Shown here: positions 9,566 to 18,724 of the stretch, piece after piece
Layout: the number at the start of each line of letters is the position of its first letter
Position numbering within the stretch: the stretch's first letter is position 1
Source of the DNA: SAR202 cluster bacterium bin22
Lineage (GTDB): Bacteria; Chloroflexota; Dehalococcoidia; Lucifugimonadales; UBA3495
Length of the DNA stretch: 64,000 nucleotides
Assembly (NCBI GenBank): GCA_002238505.1
Contig: MPMM01000003.1
Coordinates: 141,864-205,863, forward strand
Direction of reading: 5' to 3'
The notes under the pieces: model-generated
The model's input: only the letters and a program-made list of their open reading frames with translations
Databases searched by the model: none
What the model was told of the DNA's origin: nothing
Made by a program: the position numbers and the translations under genes

Positions 9566-11263
9566 CTAGCTGAACAGCTCGTCTATCTGCCGCTCCAGTC
9601 GTTCCTCGCTGGTTTCGCCCTCCAACAGGTCATCGGGCAGGCCCGCCTTAACATTCCTGGTCAGCGAGGCGTAGGACTCCGGCGTTCCGTATTCCCGGGT
9701 ATGAACCACTACCGGCATGGGAACGGCGTGGCCGAAGATAAGGGCCTGCTGTTTGTCTTCCAGTCGGGCCAGAACCCCCCGCAATTGTCTGCTGCCGGCA
9801 GCGCCGGATAGTACGGCATCAATATCCCTTTCGTTATCCAGGGCGCAGGTAAACCTGGTTCCCAGCTGGCTCATCACTTCCGAATCTATGCCACCGGGCC
9901 GCTGGTCAATAATCATCAGCGTAACGTTGTACTTGCGCAGTTCCCTGGCAATGTTGGCGAAGGTTGTCTGGGAGGAAATGGATGGGTTGAGGAACCGGTG
10001 AGCTTCTTCTATCACAATCACCAGTGGACGCGGGTCCTTGCCCCCTCCGCCCTCGGCAGCCTCTTTCAACGCCACATACCGTTCGTGGATTCGCCGTGTT
10101 AGCAGATTGCTGACCAGGATATAGGCGTTGAGGTCCCTGCCGTAACGTCCAAACTCCAGCACTACATGCTTGCCGCGCTCAAGGTGCTCGATGATCTTGG
10201 CGGCCGCATTGTGCCGGTCTCCTTCTTCCAGGAACGGGTAACGGCGGAACCGGGAGAGCCGGTTGTGGAGGGCGCCCAATGCCGCGCGATTGACGCCCAA
10301 ATCATCGGCCAGATCGCCAATACCCTGTCCCTGGTGAGTGAGAAACTGGCTCATCCAGTCGCCGCCAAAACGCTGCTGCAGGTTAAAACATGCCGCGGCG
10401 GCCACATCCGACAGGCTCAGGTTGTCCTTGAGCAGTTCGATGTCCTCAGGTTCAATCTCGCTGTAACCGATTGAAACCACCTCATCGGGCGATGAACCAC
10501 GGCGTCTGGAGCTTTCTGCATCCAGGGTGAAGGTGGAGACATAAGAGGGAAACAACTGCTTCAGCCCCTTGACGTGGCGATTGCGGTCTGTGTCCTGTCC
10601 GCTCCACCCGTATTCACTGTGCATATCAAAAATGAGAGACGAGGCCGTGCCGCCTTGCAGGACTCCCACGAGTAGCAGGCGGGTAAGGAAAGTCTTGCCA
10701 GTACCGCTCTTGCCGAAAACCCCAAAGGAACGCCGGACCAGGTTGTCCAGATCCAGGCAGACCCTCGTGTCCATATCCAGGGGGCTGCCAATCCAGAAGT
10801 GCTGGTCATCTTCCCTGCCGAAAACCGATGCCACATCGTCATCGGTGGCGGAATAGGAGGGCGAAAAATGGGAAGGCACGGTCTTGGCTGCCGAGGGGCT
10901 CACCCCACCGGCGCTGCCCAGCGGCAGGGCAAGGCTGGGCATTACTGATAGCACACCGTAAGCCATCGTACCCGACATTACTTCCAGCAGAACGGGGTCG
11001 TCGCTGTCGGGTGGCGAATGGCGAATGCGAGAGTCTGAGTTGGCAAGCTCCAAGTCGGTAATTACACCAAAGAACCGGTATCGTTTCCCCTGAATGGTGA
11101 CGAAGGTGCCAACCTTTACGTCTTCGATGACGGTTTCGCCTGAGGGGTTCAGCCGTATTTCCACTCCGTCAGACAGGGACCCGCCGACTACCGTTCCAAG
11201 GGGCGTGCCCCTGTGCAGAAAACCGTCGCCATTCGTTCCATACGGTGAGAAGCCGTTGGTCAT
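9566..11263 (-). CDS. HerA/FtsK-superfamily ATPase (DUF87-like) with an N-terminal HAS-barrel
   Basis: 565 aa. The features are an N-terminal barrel-like segment (LGTVVGGSLSDGVEIRL...VGTFVTIQGKRYRFFGVITDL), Walker A FGKSGTGKTF, Walker B LVIVIEEAHRF and a HerA-like IIDQRPGGID...LGTRFTCAL motif. Confidence 0.8.
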   Translation of the reverse strand: MTNGFSPYGTNGDGFLHRGTPLGTVVGGSLSDGVEIRLNPSGETVIEDVKVGTFVTIQGKRYRFFGVITDLELANSDSRIRHSPPDSDDPVLLEVMSGTMAYGVLSVMPSLALPLGSAGGVSPSAAKTVPSHFSPSYSATDDDVASVFGREDDQHFWIGSPLDMDTRVCLDLDNLVRRSFGVFGKSGTGKTFLTRLLLVGVLQGGTASSLIFDMHSEYGWSGQDTDRNRHVKGLKQLFPSYVSTFTLDAESSRRRGSSPDEVVSIGYSEIEPEDIELLKDNLSLSDVAAAACFNLQQRFGGDWMSQFLTHQGQGIGDLADDLGVNRAALGALHNRLSRFRRYPFLEEGDRHNAAAKIIEHLERGKHVVLEFGRYGRDLNAYILVSNLLTRRIHERYVALKEAAEGGGGKDPRPLVIVIEEAHRFLNPSISSQTTFANIARELRKYNVTLMIIDQRPGGIDSEVMSQLGTRFTCALDNERDIDAVLSGAAGSRQLRGVLARLEDKQQALIFGHAVPMPVVVHTREYGTPESYASLTRNVKAGLPDDLLEGETSEERLERQIDELFS

Positions 11264-11838
11264 AGCCGCGCCCTCCGCAGAATTGAACTAAGGCGGGCTG
11301 AGTCCCCCACCATCTCCTTTGAGAGTATCTGTCCCGCTCGCCTCAGGAATTCATCGCCTTCGGATCGGTTCGAGGAAACTGTGCGCAGGCACGCCACCAT
11401 AACCTCATCGGCCATTGGAGAACCGGAATTCAGCAGGAATCGGGTAAACTCCAGATTGTCGGTGAACCTGGCGACTGTAGCCGGAGGACAAATGCTCACA
11501 AACGCATGTATCGCCGGTGGCACGGGTGGTAAAAGCTGAACCAGGCGCCCGTCGCTTTCGTAGCCCACTATCAGCGCGTCCAGGCGGGTTGTTAACAGCC
11601 TTTCCAGTTGGGGATTCTCCCGGTAAATGTCGTCCAGGGTATCAAAGTCTCTCCCCCTGGCCAGCACCGGCCGGCTGGGGTCCAACGGTTCCGTCCGTAT
11701 GCACTGTACTATCGCGAGCACCGGAGGCTCTCCAACGGACAAGAAGGTTCCCAAAGGTGGCGCGCCGTACAATTCGTAACACTGCACGGTAAGCACACGG
11801 GAATCCGCTCCGATGATTTCTCCTACCCTCTGAGACAT
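11260..11838 (-). CDS. Hypothetical protein; standalone HAS-barrel-like partner of the HerA-type ATPase
   Basis: 192 aa. Its stop overlaps the ATPase ATG as ATGA (11260-11263). Its N-terminal pattern (VGEIIGADSRVLTVQCYEL...LGTFLSVGEPPVLAIVQCIRTEP) mirrors the ATPase's own N-terminal barrel. The C-terminal half looks helical. I see no nuclease motif. Confidence 0.6.
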   Translation of the reverse strand: MSQRVGEIIGADSRVLTVQCYELYGAPPLGTFLSVGEPPVLAIVQCIRTEPLDPSRPVLARGRDFDTLDDIYRENPQLERLLTTRLDALIVGYESDGRLVQLLPPVPPAIHAFVSICPPATVARFTDNLEFTRFLLNSGSPMADEVMVACLRTVSSNRSEGDEFLRRAGQILSKEMVGDSARLSSILRRARL

Positions 11839-11962
11839 TGGCCGTTCTTTATTTCCTTGCTGTGATGTCAGGGCTTCTCAAAAAGCAATTATAACCCGGT
11901 GAGCGGCGTACCCGTCAGTGGCAACTGTCATCGGCGGTTCATCGAATTTGGGGTCTCTGAAG

Positions 11963-11989
11963 TTTACATAAACCCGCCCATGCTATAAT
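11963..11989 (+). promoter_or_regulatory. Candidate extended -10 promoter for the 12024 gene
   Basis: TGcTATAAT lies at 11981-11989, a perfect -10 with a TG extension. TTTACA lies at 11963-11968, giving a short 15-nt spacer. Confidence 0.4.
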
Positions 11990-12023
11990 TCTTGCCTACA
12001 TTTGCCCAGGAGAGAAACCTTCA

Positions 12024-12920
12024 ATGGAAATCAATACCGTAGCAATTTTAAGCCCGGGAGATATGGGCCATGCCGTGGGCCAGCGATTAAGGGAAAATGA
12101 ACTGGACGTCATAACCTGCCTGGTCGGAAGAAGCGCAAGAACTCGTGAATTGTCCGCAAAAGCCGGCATCCGCGACGTGTCGAACGTGGAAGAACTGGTT
12201 GGCCAGTCGGACCTGATAATGTCCATGACGGTCTCCGCCGCAGTCCCATCCCTTTGTCGGGAAGTAGCAGACGCCATCAAGTCCACCGGATCGGACACCC
12301 TGTTTGCCGAGTGCAATGCCATCGCGCCTCAGTTGACCCGGGATATGGAACCAGTCATTACCGATGCCGGCGGACGCTTCGTGGATGTCTCGATAATTGG
12401 CGGACCACCCCGTCAGGGTTACAGTCCCCACTTCTACACTTCGGGCGACCAGGCGGCCGAATTTGAGCAACTTAACGATTTCGGTCTGACTGTTATCAAG
12501 CTGGATGGGGAAGTGGGCCAGGCCTCAGGTATCAAGATGTGCTACGCCGCGATGACCAAGGGTTCCTGGGCCCTCTATTCCGAACTCTTGATGGCGGCCG
12601 AACTTATGGGACTTACTGAACCCCTGCTGGAGGAATTTCGGGAGGGACAGTCTTCGGTTTTGCGGCGCATGGAACGTACCATTCCCACAGTCCCGCCCCG
12701 TTCCCGCCGGTGGATCAGCGAAATGGAGGAAATCCGCGACACCTTCGCTCATCTCGGCATGACTCCCCACCTGTTCGAGGGAGTGGCCGAAATGTACCGC
12801 TTCATTGGCAGCACTCCTCTGGGCGAGGAATTCCCCGAATCCCGCGACCGGGAACGGTCTTTCACCGACACCATTCGCCTGCTTTCCCAATATGTCCAGA
12901 AAGAAGAAGATGCCGGTTGA
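12024..12920 (+). CDS. NAD(P)-dependent oxidoreductase (6PGDH-type NAD-binding domain plus DUF1932-like C-terminus)
   Basis: 298 aa with an N-terminal Rossmann motif VAILSPGDMGHAVG and a helical C-terminal domain. Confidence 0.7.
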   Translation: MEINTVAILSPGDMGHAVGQRLRENELDVITCLVGRSARTRELSAKAGIRDVSNVEELVGQSDLIMSMTVSAAVPSLCREVADAIKSTGSDTLFAECNAIAPQLTRDMEPVITDAGGRFVDVSIIGGPPRQGYSPHFYTSGDQAAEFEQLNDFGLTVIKLDGEVGQASGIKMCYAAMTKGSWALYSELLMAAELMGLTEPLLEEFREGQSSVLRRMERTIPTVPPRSRRWISEMEEIRDTFAHLGMTPHLFEGVAEMYRFIGSTPLGEEFPESRDRERSFTDTIRLLSQYVQKEEDAG

Positions 12921-12960
12921 ACCGTCGGCCTGTTCTTGGTTCTAGGCTGTCGCACGAAGA

Positions 12961-12995
12961 GGGCCCCGGTGTCAAACACCGGGGCCCTGGGATTT
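12961..12995. terminator. Hairpin between convergent genes; possible bidirectional terminator
   Basis: An 11-bp GC-rich stem, GGGCCCCGGTG (12961-12971) and CACCGGGGCCC (12977-12987), with loop TCAAA. The U-tract is weak on both strands. Confidence 0.45.
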
Positions 12996-13017
12996 CCGGT
13001 AACTGAAAGCTGCAGCC

Positions 13018-13383
13018 TTAGGCTTCGGTCTGTTCGGTCTGGCTGCCCTTGACCGTAACGGTAATGTGCGCCATTGCAGTGTCCCCCGGGGCGCCGTGCC
13101 AGTGGTTCTCGCCGGCCGGGACTATCACTACATCCCCCACAGTAATTTCGACCTCTTCATCGTCCGTGGCCACGGTGCCGGTGCCTTCGGTGACGATGAG
13201 AATCTGGTCGCCACTGTGCTTGTGGAACTTGTTGCGTGAACCGGCGCTGAAGCTGACCACGCCAAAGTTGAAATTGCTGCTGTCGCCGGCCTCAAAGGGG
13301 GCTTGCCTGGTAACAATATTGCCGGTAAACAGCGCGCTGGTTGCCTCTTCAGTGGGTACGGAACTGATCTTAACGACCTTCAT
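13018..13383 (-). CDS. Cupin domain-containing protein
   Basis: 121 aa with cupin motifs HKHSGDQILIVTEG and VVIVPAGENHWHG. AAGGAGGAAG lies upstream. Confidence 0.75.
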   Translation of the reverse strand: MKVVKISSVPTEEATSALFTGNIVTRQAPFEAGDSSNFNFGVVSFSAGSRNKFHKHSGDQILIVTEGTGTVATDDEEVEITVGDVVIVPAGENHWHGAPGDTAMAHITVTVKGSQTEQTEA

Positions 13384-13765
13384 AATCTTCCTCCTTGTTT
13401 TGCTTCAATGCTCCGGTAGTTTTGTATCTGCGTAACTGGCCTGATCGGGATTCCCCGGCTGCTTTCAGGCCGCACCTAATATAACCTTTGGAAGTTGCCA
13501 AGTCCAGACTCCGACGTTTGTCAGCCTCTGCAGATTCCCCTGGCTGTCTAAACAGGAACGCCCTGGGGTTGCGACCGGCTAACCACCCCATTTTGCATCT
13601 TCTATCCCGGGAGACTGTGGGGGGGACTGTGCTCGGTGCGGAAGTGCATCACTCCACCCTCACCTCCTCAAACCGCGCCAATCAGGGAATGAGTCACTGG
13701 GGTTAAGCGCAGAGGCCTGTTATATAATTATTCAATTAGCAATTCTTTAACCTGGAGTTCTCCTT

Positions 13766-14272
13766 ATGGCATTGAACGATACCGTTCAGGAAGCGCTGAA
13801 TCGGCATATCAATGAAGAGTTTTACGCCTCCTACCTGTACCTCTCCATGTCCGCCTACTGCGAGTCCGTGGACTTGCCAGGGTTTGCTCACTGGCTGCGG
13901 ATACAGAGCCAGGAAGAGTACGCTCACGCGATGAATCTTTTCGACTTCGTCCAGGACAGACAGGGCAGGGTTACGCTCTTTCCCATAGAGCAGCCAACGG
14001 TGGAGTTCGGCTCGGTCCTCGACATCATGGAGGCCACCCTGTCTCACGAGCAGGAAGTCAGCCGCCTGATAAATCGGCTATACGAGCTGGCCTCCCAGCA
14101 AAGTGACTATCCTACCCAGATTCACCTGCAGGCCTTCATTACCGAACAGATTGAGGAAGAAAAGGCGGCCTCCGATATAGTCGCCAAGCTGCGAATGATT
14201 GGTGAGGACTCCAGCAGCCTCCTGATGTTGGACACTGAACTCGCTGCGAGGCAGTTGACGCCAGGCCTTTAG
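13766..14272 (+). CDS. Ferritin (non-haem, Ftn-type)
   Basis: 168 aa with the ferroxidase-centre pattern EEFYASYLYLSM...SQEEYAHAM...EQEV. Confidence 0.85.
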   Translation: MALNDTVQEALNRHINEEFYASYLYLSMSAYCESVDLPGFAHWLRIQSQEEYAHAMNLFDFVQDRQGRVTLFPIEQPTVEFGSVLDIMEATLSHEQEVSRLINRLYELASQQSDYPTQIHLQAFITEQIEEEKAASDIVAKLRMIGEDSSSLLMLDTELAARQLTPGL

Positions 14273-14503
14273 GTTCTCCTGCTAGTTGACCCTTTAACGC
14301 TGAGGCTTCACGCTCCGTACAAGAGATACCTCTGGATAAAGGTGGTCACGGCATTTCAGGGTTCGAGAATGCCCAGCCTGAATAATCGCCAGATTCCAGC
14401 CACGACGCCGGATTCCACACGGGTAATCCATCTGTTATAATCGGCATTGGAATGAGTTAAGGTTGTGTCCCGTGGGTAGTTGCCTCAGTTGCGCTGACGC
14501 CGG

Positions 14504-14842
14504 ATGACCTCGACCAGGCCAAATCTTTTTTGTGGAGGTCGGCAGTTGGCGCTGTCAGATAAGACCTTGGTTTGCGTGGAATGCGCGGCCGAATTTACCT
14601 TTACCGTTGGGGAGCAGGAATTCTTTGCTTCTCGCGGCTTTACTAATGAGCCCAGGCGTTGCCCTGAGTGTCGCCAGACCCGGAAGTCCCAGAGGTCTTT
14701 CGATGGTGGCCCCAGGGAAATGCACCCCGCCGTTTGTGCCCAGTGTGGCATGGACACTATGGTGCCGTTCCGGCCCAGGGGTGACCGCCCGGTTTATTGC
14801 AGCGATTGCTTCAGTTCTATGCGGGAAAGCAACTATCGCTAG
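14504..14842 (+). CDS. Zinc-ribbon domain protein (two CxxC pairs twice)
   Basis: CVEC...CPEC and CAQC...CSDC motifs flank a FTFTVGEQEFF segment. The start codon is uncertain. Confidence 0.6.
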   Translation: MTSTRPNLFCGGRQLALSDKTLVCVECAAEFTFTVGEQEFFASRGFTNEPRRCPECRQTRKSQRSFDGGPREMHPAVCAQCGMDTMVPFRPRGDRPVYCSDCFSSMRESNYR

Positions 14843-14991
14843 GTTCGGCTCGCCTGCGTAGGGCGCACTCCGACTGTATCGGTTCGACCCCCGGTGGCAA
14901 GCCGGGGGTTATTGATTGTCAGGGGGACGTGGATAATCCCGAAGCCCCCACTGGTTTTACGCAACACGCCCCCGCTTATGGAGGTCGCACG

Positions 14992-16158
14992 ATGATGAGA
15001 AACACCGCCGACGCTGTCGTAATCGGCGGCGGAGTTATGGGCTGCAGCCTGCTTTACCACCTGGCTCAAAGGGGTACGACCGATACCCTGCTTCTGGAGC
15101 GCAGCGTGCTCGGCGCGGGTTCTACCGGTCTTTCCCAGGCCATTTGTCGGATGCACTACTCCAATCCCATAACTGCATCTATGGCATGGAGCAGCCTGCA
15201 GGTTTACGCCAACTTCAACGAACAGGTTGGTGGAGACTCCGGCTTTGTAAAGACCGGATACCTGGTGGTGGTGGAAGAGATCGACCGGCCCAGCCTGGAG
15301 CTTAACATCGCCATGCAGCAGGACCTGGGCATTGACGTTGCGCTGGTCACGGCTGGCGAACTCCATGAGCTGGCTCCCATGATTGAGACTTTTGAAGGAG
15401 AAAGCCTGGCGTGGGAACCCAATTCGGGCTATGCCAATCCATATCTTGTGACGACCTCCCTGGCTGCCAGGGCACAGGAACTAGGCGCCCAGGTTGCCAC
15501 TCGCGCCAACGTCACTGGCGTGGAAATCAGTGGCGGGCGGGTCCAGGCCGTCGTAACAGACCAGGGCAGAGTGGCAACACCCGTAGCGGTCGTAGCCGCT
15601 GGTCCGTGGTCCAATATTCTGACGGCAGGCGCCGGTATTGAGTTCCCCCTCGTTCCGGTAAGGCATCAGGTGGCGATGGTCACCCGGTCCCCGGGGTTGC
15701 TGCCCGACCATCCTATAGTCGGTGACATAGCCCAGTCCTTCTCCTTCCGCCCGGAAAGCCCGACTTTGACCATGGTGGGATATGCCGAGGAAGAAGTTGA
15801 GCTGGACAGCTACGACGAGGGGATCGACCACGCTGAGGCCGCCCACGCGATGGCCAGGCTGGCGAGGCGGATGCCCGCAATGGAACAGTCTTATCTGCGG
15901 GGTGGCTGGTCAGGACTGTTCACCACTACTCCGGACTGGCACCCCATTCTGGATCGGGTGCCCGGGATAGAAGGACTGTTCTGCATGGTGGGATTCAGCG
16001 GCCATGGATTCAAACTTGCCCCTTCCATAGGGCAGGCTATGGCGGAACTGATCCTGGACGGCAGCGCCGGCTCCATCGACCTTTCGCCCTTGCGGTTCAG
16101 CCGCTTCGAAGAAAACGACCTGATATTGTCGCGTTACCGGTACCGTGTTCTGGCGTGA
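14992..16158 (+). CDS. FAD-dependent oxidoreductase (DAO / sarcosine oxidase beta-like)
   Basis: The dinucleotide-binding motif DAVVIGGGVMGCSLLYHLA follows directly after Met66 of ORF 14797..16158. GGAGG lies at 14980-14984. The upstream extension overlaps the zinc-ribbon gene. Confidence 0.85.
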   Translation: MMRNTADAVVIGGGVMGCSLLYHLAQRGTTDTLLLERSVLGAGSTGLSQAICRMHYSNPITASMAWSSLQVYANFNEQVGGDSGFVKTGYLVVVEEIDRPSLELNIAMQQDLGIDVALVTAGELHELAPMIETFEGESLAWEPNSGYANPYLVTTSLAARAQELGAQVATRANVTGVEISGGRVQAVVTDQGRVATPVAVVAAGPWSNILTAGAGIEFPLVPVRHQVAMVTRSPGLLPDHPIVGDIAQSFSFRPESPTLTMVGYAEEEVELDSYDEGIDHAEAAHAMARLARRMPAMEQSYLRGGWSGLFTTTPDWHPILDRVPGIEGLFCMVGFSGHGFKLAPSIGQAMAELILDGSAGSIDLSPLRFSRFEENDLILSRYRYRVLA

Positions 16159-16337
16159 AATAGGACTGGCGGTTTGCAGGGCTGACCAAGAGTCGCTGGC
16201 ATCCTTATGCCGGTCCTGAATCTTCACATTCTCTGAAGGGTTCTAACCTGCATAGGGCAGCTACATAGTGTTATCATATTACGTAAGCGGTCATAGCCTG
16301 ACCGCATTGCAATTAACCAAAGTCAGGAGTAATGGCA

Positions 16338-16637
16338 ATGTTTATCCGAATGGTATGGGGCAAGCTGCGCCCCGGAAGCTGGGAAGAATACGAGAGACAC
16401 TACCACGAACGTCTGGCCGGCGCTTCAGGCGACATCAAGGGTTTGAAAGAGAGGCAGCTGCTTCGTGGTACTGAAGACCCGGATGAAGGCATCAGCGTAA
16501 GCATCTGGGAAACCCTTGACGACCTGCGGGCCTACGAAACCGGTGAGTTCCGGCAAAATGTTGCCCGGGAAATGGAACACCTTTATCGCGGCGAATACTG
16601 GGTCAAGCATTTCGAAATCAGTTCCACCGATAACTAG
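16338..16637 (+). CDS. ABM-like (antibiotic biosynthesis monooxygenase fold) small protein
   Basis: About 100 aa, of ferredoxin-like alpha+beta size and pattern. AGGAG (16325-16329) is better spaced for ATG 16338 than for 16332. Confidence 0.55.
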   Translation: MFIRMVWGKLRPGSWEEYERHYHERLAGASGDIKGLKERQLLRGTEDPDEGISVSIWETLDDLRAYETGEFRQNVAREMEHLYRGEYWVKHFEISSTDN

Positions 16638-16673
16638 TCCCACCAGTAACTCCCACGTCAATATTAGTTGCCT

Positions 16674-16704
16674 GCAGCCCGGCCAACTGGCCGGGCTGCA
16701 TTTT
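16674..16704 (+). terminator. Rho-independent terminator
   Basis: An 11-bp stem, GCAGCCCGGCC and GGCCGGGCTGC, with loop AACT and then ATTTT. It lies inside the spurious N-terminal extension of ORF 16668. Confidence 0.7.
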
Positions 16705-16790
16705 GCGCCGGGCTGGATGCATCGACTTCCAATAGACAGGCTGGCCGTATGAGTTTATATTTAGTCGGCAAAGCACGGCGGAGGCTCCCA

Positions 16791-17735
16791 ATGCGATTTG
16801 GATTCTACTTGCCCAACAGCGGCCCCACTGCCAGGCCCGAACCTCTTGCTGCCATTGCCAGGAAGGGGGACGAACTGGGATTCTATTGCATGGTTGCCGG
16901 TGACCACATCCTGGTCCCTCGTGAGATCAACTCTCCCTATCCCTACACCGCGGACGGCACTTTCCACGCTGGAGGCGCCGCCGAATACCTGGAGCAGCTA
17001 ACCCTGCTGACGTACCTTGCAGGTATCACCCACAGTATTCGCCTTATCCCCAGCGTGATGATTGTGCCCTACCGGAATCCACTGCTGGCGGCGAAGATAC
17101 TGGCCACGCTGGACGTCCTTTCCGGCGGACGGTTGACACTGGGGGTAGGGGTGGGCTGGATGGAGGAGGAGTTCGAGGCGCTGGATGCCCCGCCCTTCGC
17201 GGAACGGGGCGCCGTCACCAACGAATACCTCCAGGCTTTCAAAGAACTCTGGACCAGTGACGAGCCCTCCTTTGAAGGTAAGTACTGCCATTTCTCCAAT
17301 ATCCACTTCCTTCCCAAACCGGTTCAGCGGCCCCACCCGCCAATCTGGGTTGGAGGCCAAAGCCGCGCCGCCATGCGCCGGGCTGCCAGGCTGGGTGACG
17401 GTTGGCATCCGGTGGGCGCCATTCCTGCCGCGCCCCTGGAGCCTGAGGAACTGGCTCAGAACATTGAACTGCTCCACCGTTACGCTGAAGCTGCTGCCAG
17501 GAACCCGGAAGAGCTGGAAGTATCGATGAAGGCGCCTCTCTACGACGCAGGCTCCACACCTTCCGGAGCGGCCCGCCGTCGTTTCTCGGGCGAATCCGAG
17601 CAAATGCTGCAGGATATTCAAACCTATGAGGACGTCGGCGTTAGCTGCATCATTTTCGACATCCGGGGAAATGACCTGAATGGTTCCCTGGAGCGACTCG
17701 AGTGGTTTGCCGAGGAGGTAATGTCCCGGTCGTGA
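16791..17735 (+). CDS. LLM-class (luciferase-like) flavin/F420-dependent oxidoreductase
   Basis: MRFGFYLPNSG is a typical LLM N-terminus. GGRLTLGVGVGW and PHPPIWVGG motifs are present. I moved the start to Met42 (16791), which is preceded by GGAGG. Confidence 0.85.
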   Translation: MRFGFYLPNSGPTARPEPLAAIARKGDELGFYCMVAGDHILVPREINSPYPYTADGTFHAGGAAEYLEQLTLLTYLAGITHSIRLIPSVMIVPYRNPLLAAKILATLDVLSGGRLTLGVGVGWMEEEFEALDAPPFAERGAVTNEYLQAFKELWTSDEPSFEGKYCHFSNIHFLPKPVQRPHPPIWVGGQSRAAMRRAARLGDGWHPVGAIPAAPLEPEELAQNIELLHRYAEAAARNPEELEVSMKAPLYDAGSTPSGAARRRFSGESEQMLQDIQTYEDVGVSCIIFDIRGNDLNGSLERLEWFAEEVMSRS

Positions 17736-17874
17736 CGCGGTCGCAGCTTGCAGGCCGATAGCAGCCCCGGGGACTGGCGCCGGGCTATTGACGCTGTCGT
17801 GTTGCGATATAATATAGATAGGTATTTCAGGTAGCCTTGTGCGGGCCGCCACCAAATAACTGCAAGGAGCAAGT

Positions 17875-18684
17875 ATGTCCTCTCTGGAAGAACGGTTCAA
17901 CCGTGGGCTGGAAATGCGTGAGACTATGGCCGCGGGGGACTTTCGGCACTTCACCCTCCCTGGCATTGACCAGCTGGCGCCAGATCTCAAGCGCATAGTG
18001 GACGAAGCTCTCTTTGGCTCCATCTGGATCAGAGATGAGCTTAATCTGAAGCAGCGCTGCCTTTGCACCCTTTCAGCTCTGTTGACCCTGGGTCACCTGC
18101 ATCTGTTGCGGCGCCACGTCGAACGGGCCCTCAACGTGGGAATGAGCCCGGAGGAAGTAGTTGAAATCTTTATTCAGATGACTTTCTATGCCGGCGTTCC
18201 GGCCGTAGAATCGGCCATGTCCATTGCCAAAGAGATTTTTGAAGAGAGAGGCATCCAGCTCGAGCCTACCAGGGTGTACGATACTTCGTTGGATGCCGAT
18301 GAGTTGCACAGGAAGGGCATTGCAGTCCATGAAGCACACATGGGCGACATTACCATTTATTACACCGATGACCCCAACACCCCGGAAATGTACCTGGAAC
18401 GGTTGATCAACGAATACAACTGGGGAGCGATCTTCAGCCGACCCTACCTGGACGCAAAGGACAGGGCCATGTGCGCCCTGGTGGCAATGACGGTCATGGG
18501 CCACTACGACCGGCAGTTGCGGCGCAGAATTTCAGGCTGTCTTCGTGTCGGCATGACCCCGGCAGAAATTATGGAAGTCTTCATTCAGTTGACTCTTTAT
18601 GGCGGCTATTTCAACACCCGTACCGCCATGCGTATAGCCCGGTCCGTTTTCAACGAAGAGGGTGTGGACTCCCCTGCCAGTTAG
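17875..18684 (+). CDS. Carboxymuconolactone decarboxylase family protein (tandem CMD domains)
   Basis: Two repeats of the CMD helical pattern are present (EVVEIFIQMTFYAGVPA and EIMEVFIQLTLYGGYFN). Confidence 0.8.
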   Translation: MSSLEERFNRGLEMRETMAAGDFRHFTLPGIDQLAPDLKRIVDEALFGSIWIRDELNLKQRCLCTLSALLTLGHLHLLRRHVERALNVGMSPEEVVEIFIQMTFYAGVPAVESAMSIAKEIFEERGIQLEPTRVYDTSLDADELHRKGIAVHEAHMGDITIYYTDDPNTPEMYLERLINEYNWGAIFSRPYLDAKDRAMCALVAMTVMGHYDRQLRRRISGCLRVGMTPAEIMEVFIQLTLYGGYFNTRTAMRIARSVFNEEGVDSPAS

Positions 18685-18724
18685 CAGCCTGGGGCCGGAA
18701 AGCTCTGCAGTTTGAGAAGGCCAT

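Noticed and set aside
14797-14991. The upstream extension of the FAD oxidoreductase ORF
   Set aside because: It overlaps the 3' end of the zinc-ribbon gene in another frame. The Rossmann motif begins right after Met66, which has a GGAGG Shine-Dalgarno sequence.
16668-16790. The upstream extension of the LLM gene (ORF-track start 16668)
   Set aside because: The extension contains a strong terminator hairpin (16674-16704). The family N-terminus MRFGFYLP starts at 16791 with its own Shine-Dalgarno sequence.
17788-17813. TTGACG ... TATAAT upstream of the double-CMD gene as a promoter
   Set aside because: The spacer between the two hexamers is only 14 nt. Alternative registers give poor -10 matches, so I did not list it as a feature.
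16998-18068. A 356-aa ORF on the minus strand
   Set aside because: It is antisense to the LLM oxidoreductase and CMD genes. Its composition is Arg/Gly/Pro-rich and low-complexity, typical of shadow frames in GC-rich DNA, and I see no motifs. The same reasoning applies to other long shadow ORFs: 19365..20372(-), 27209..28048(-), 29364..30221(-), 36860..38227(+), 40315..41010(-), 44605..45213(-), 45986..46687(-), 51742..52707(-), 52738..53340(-), 54001..55596(+), 57283..58065(+), 60446..61333(-) and 63443..63934(-).
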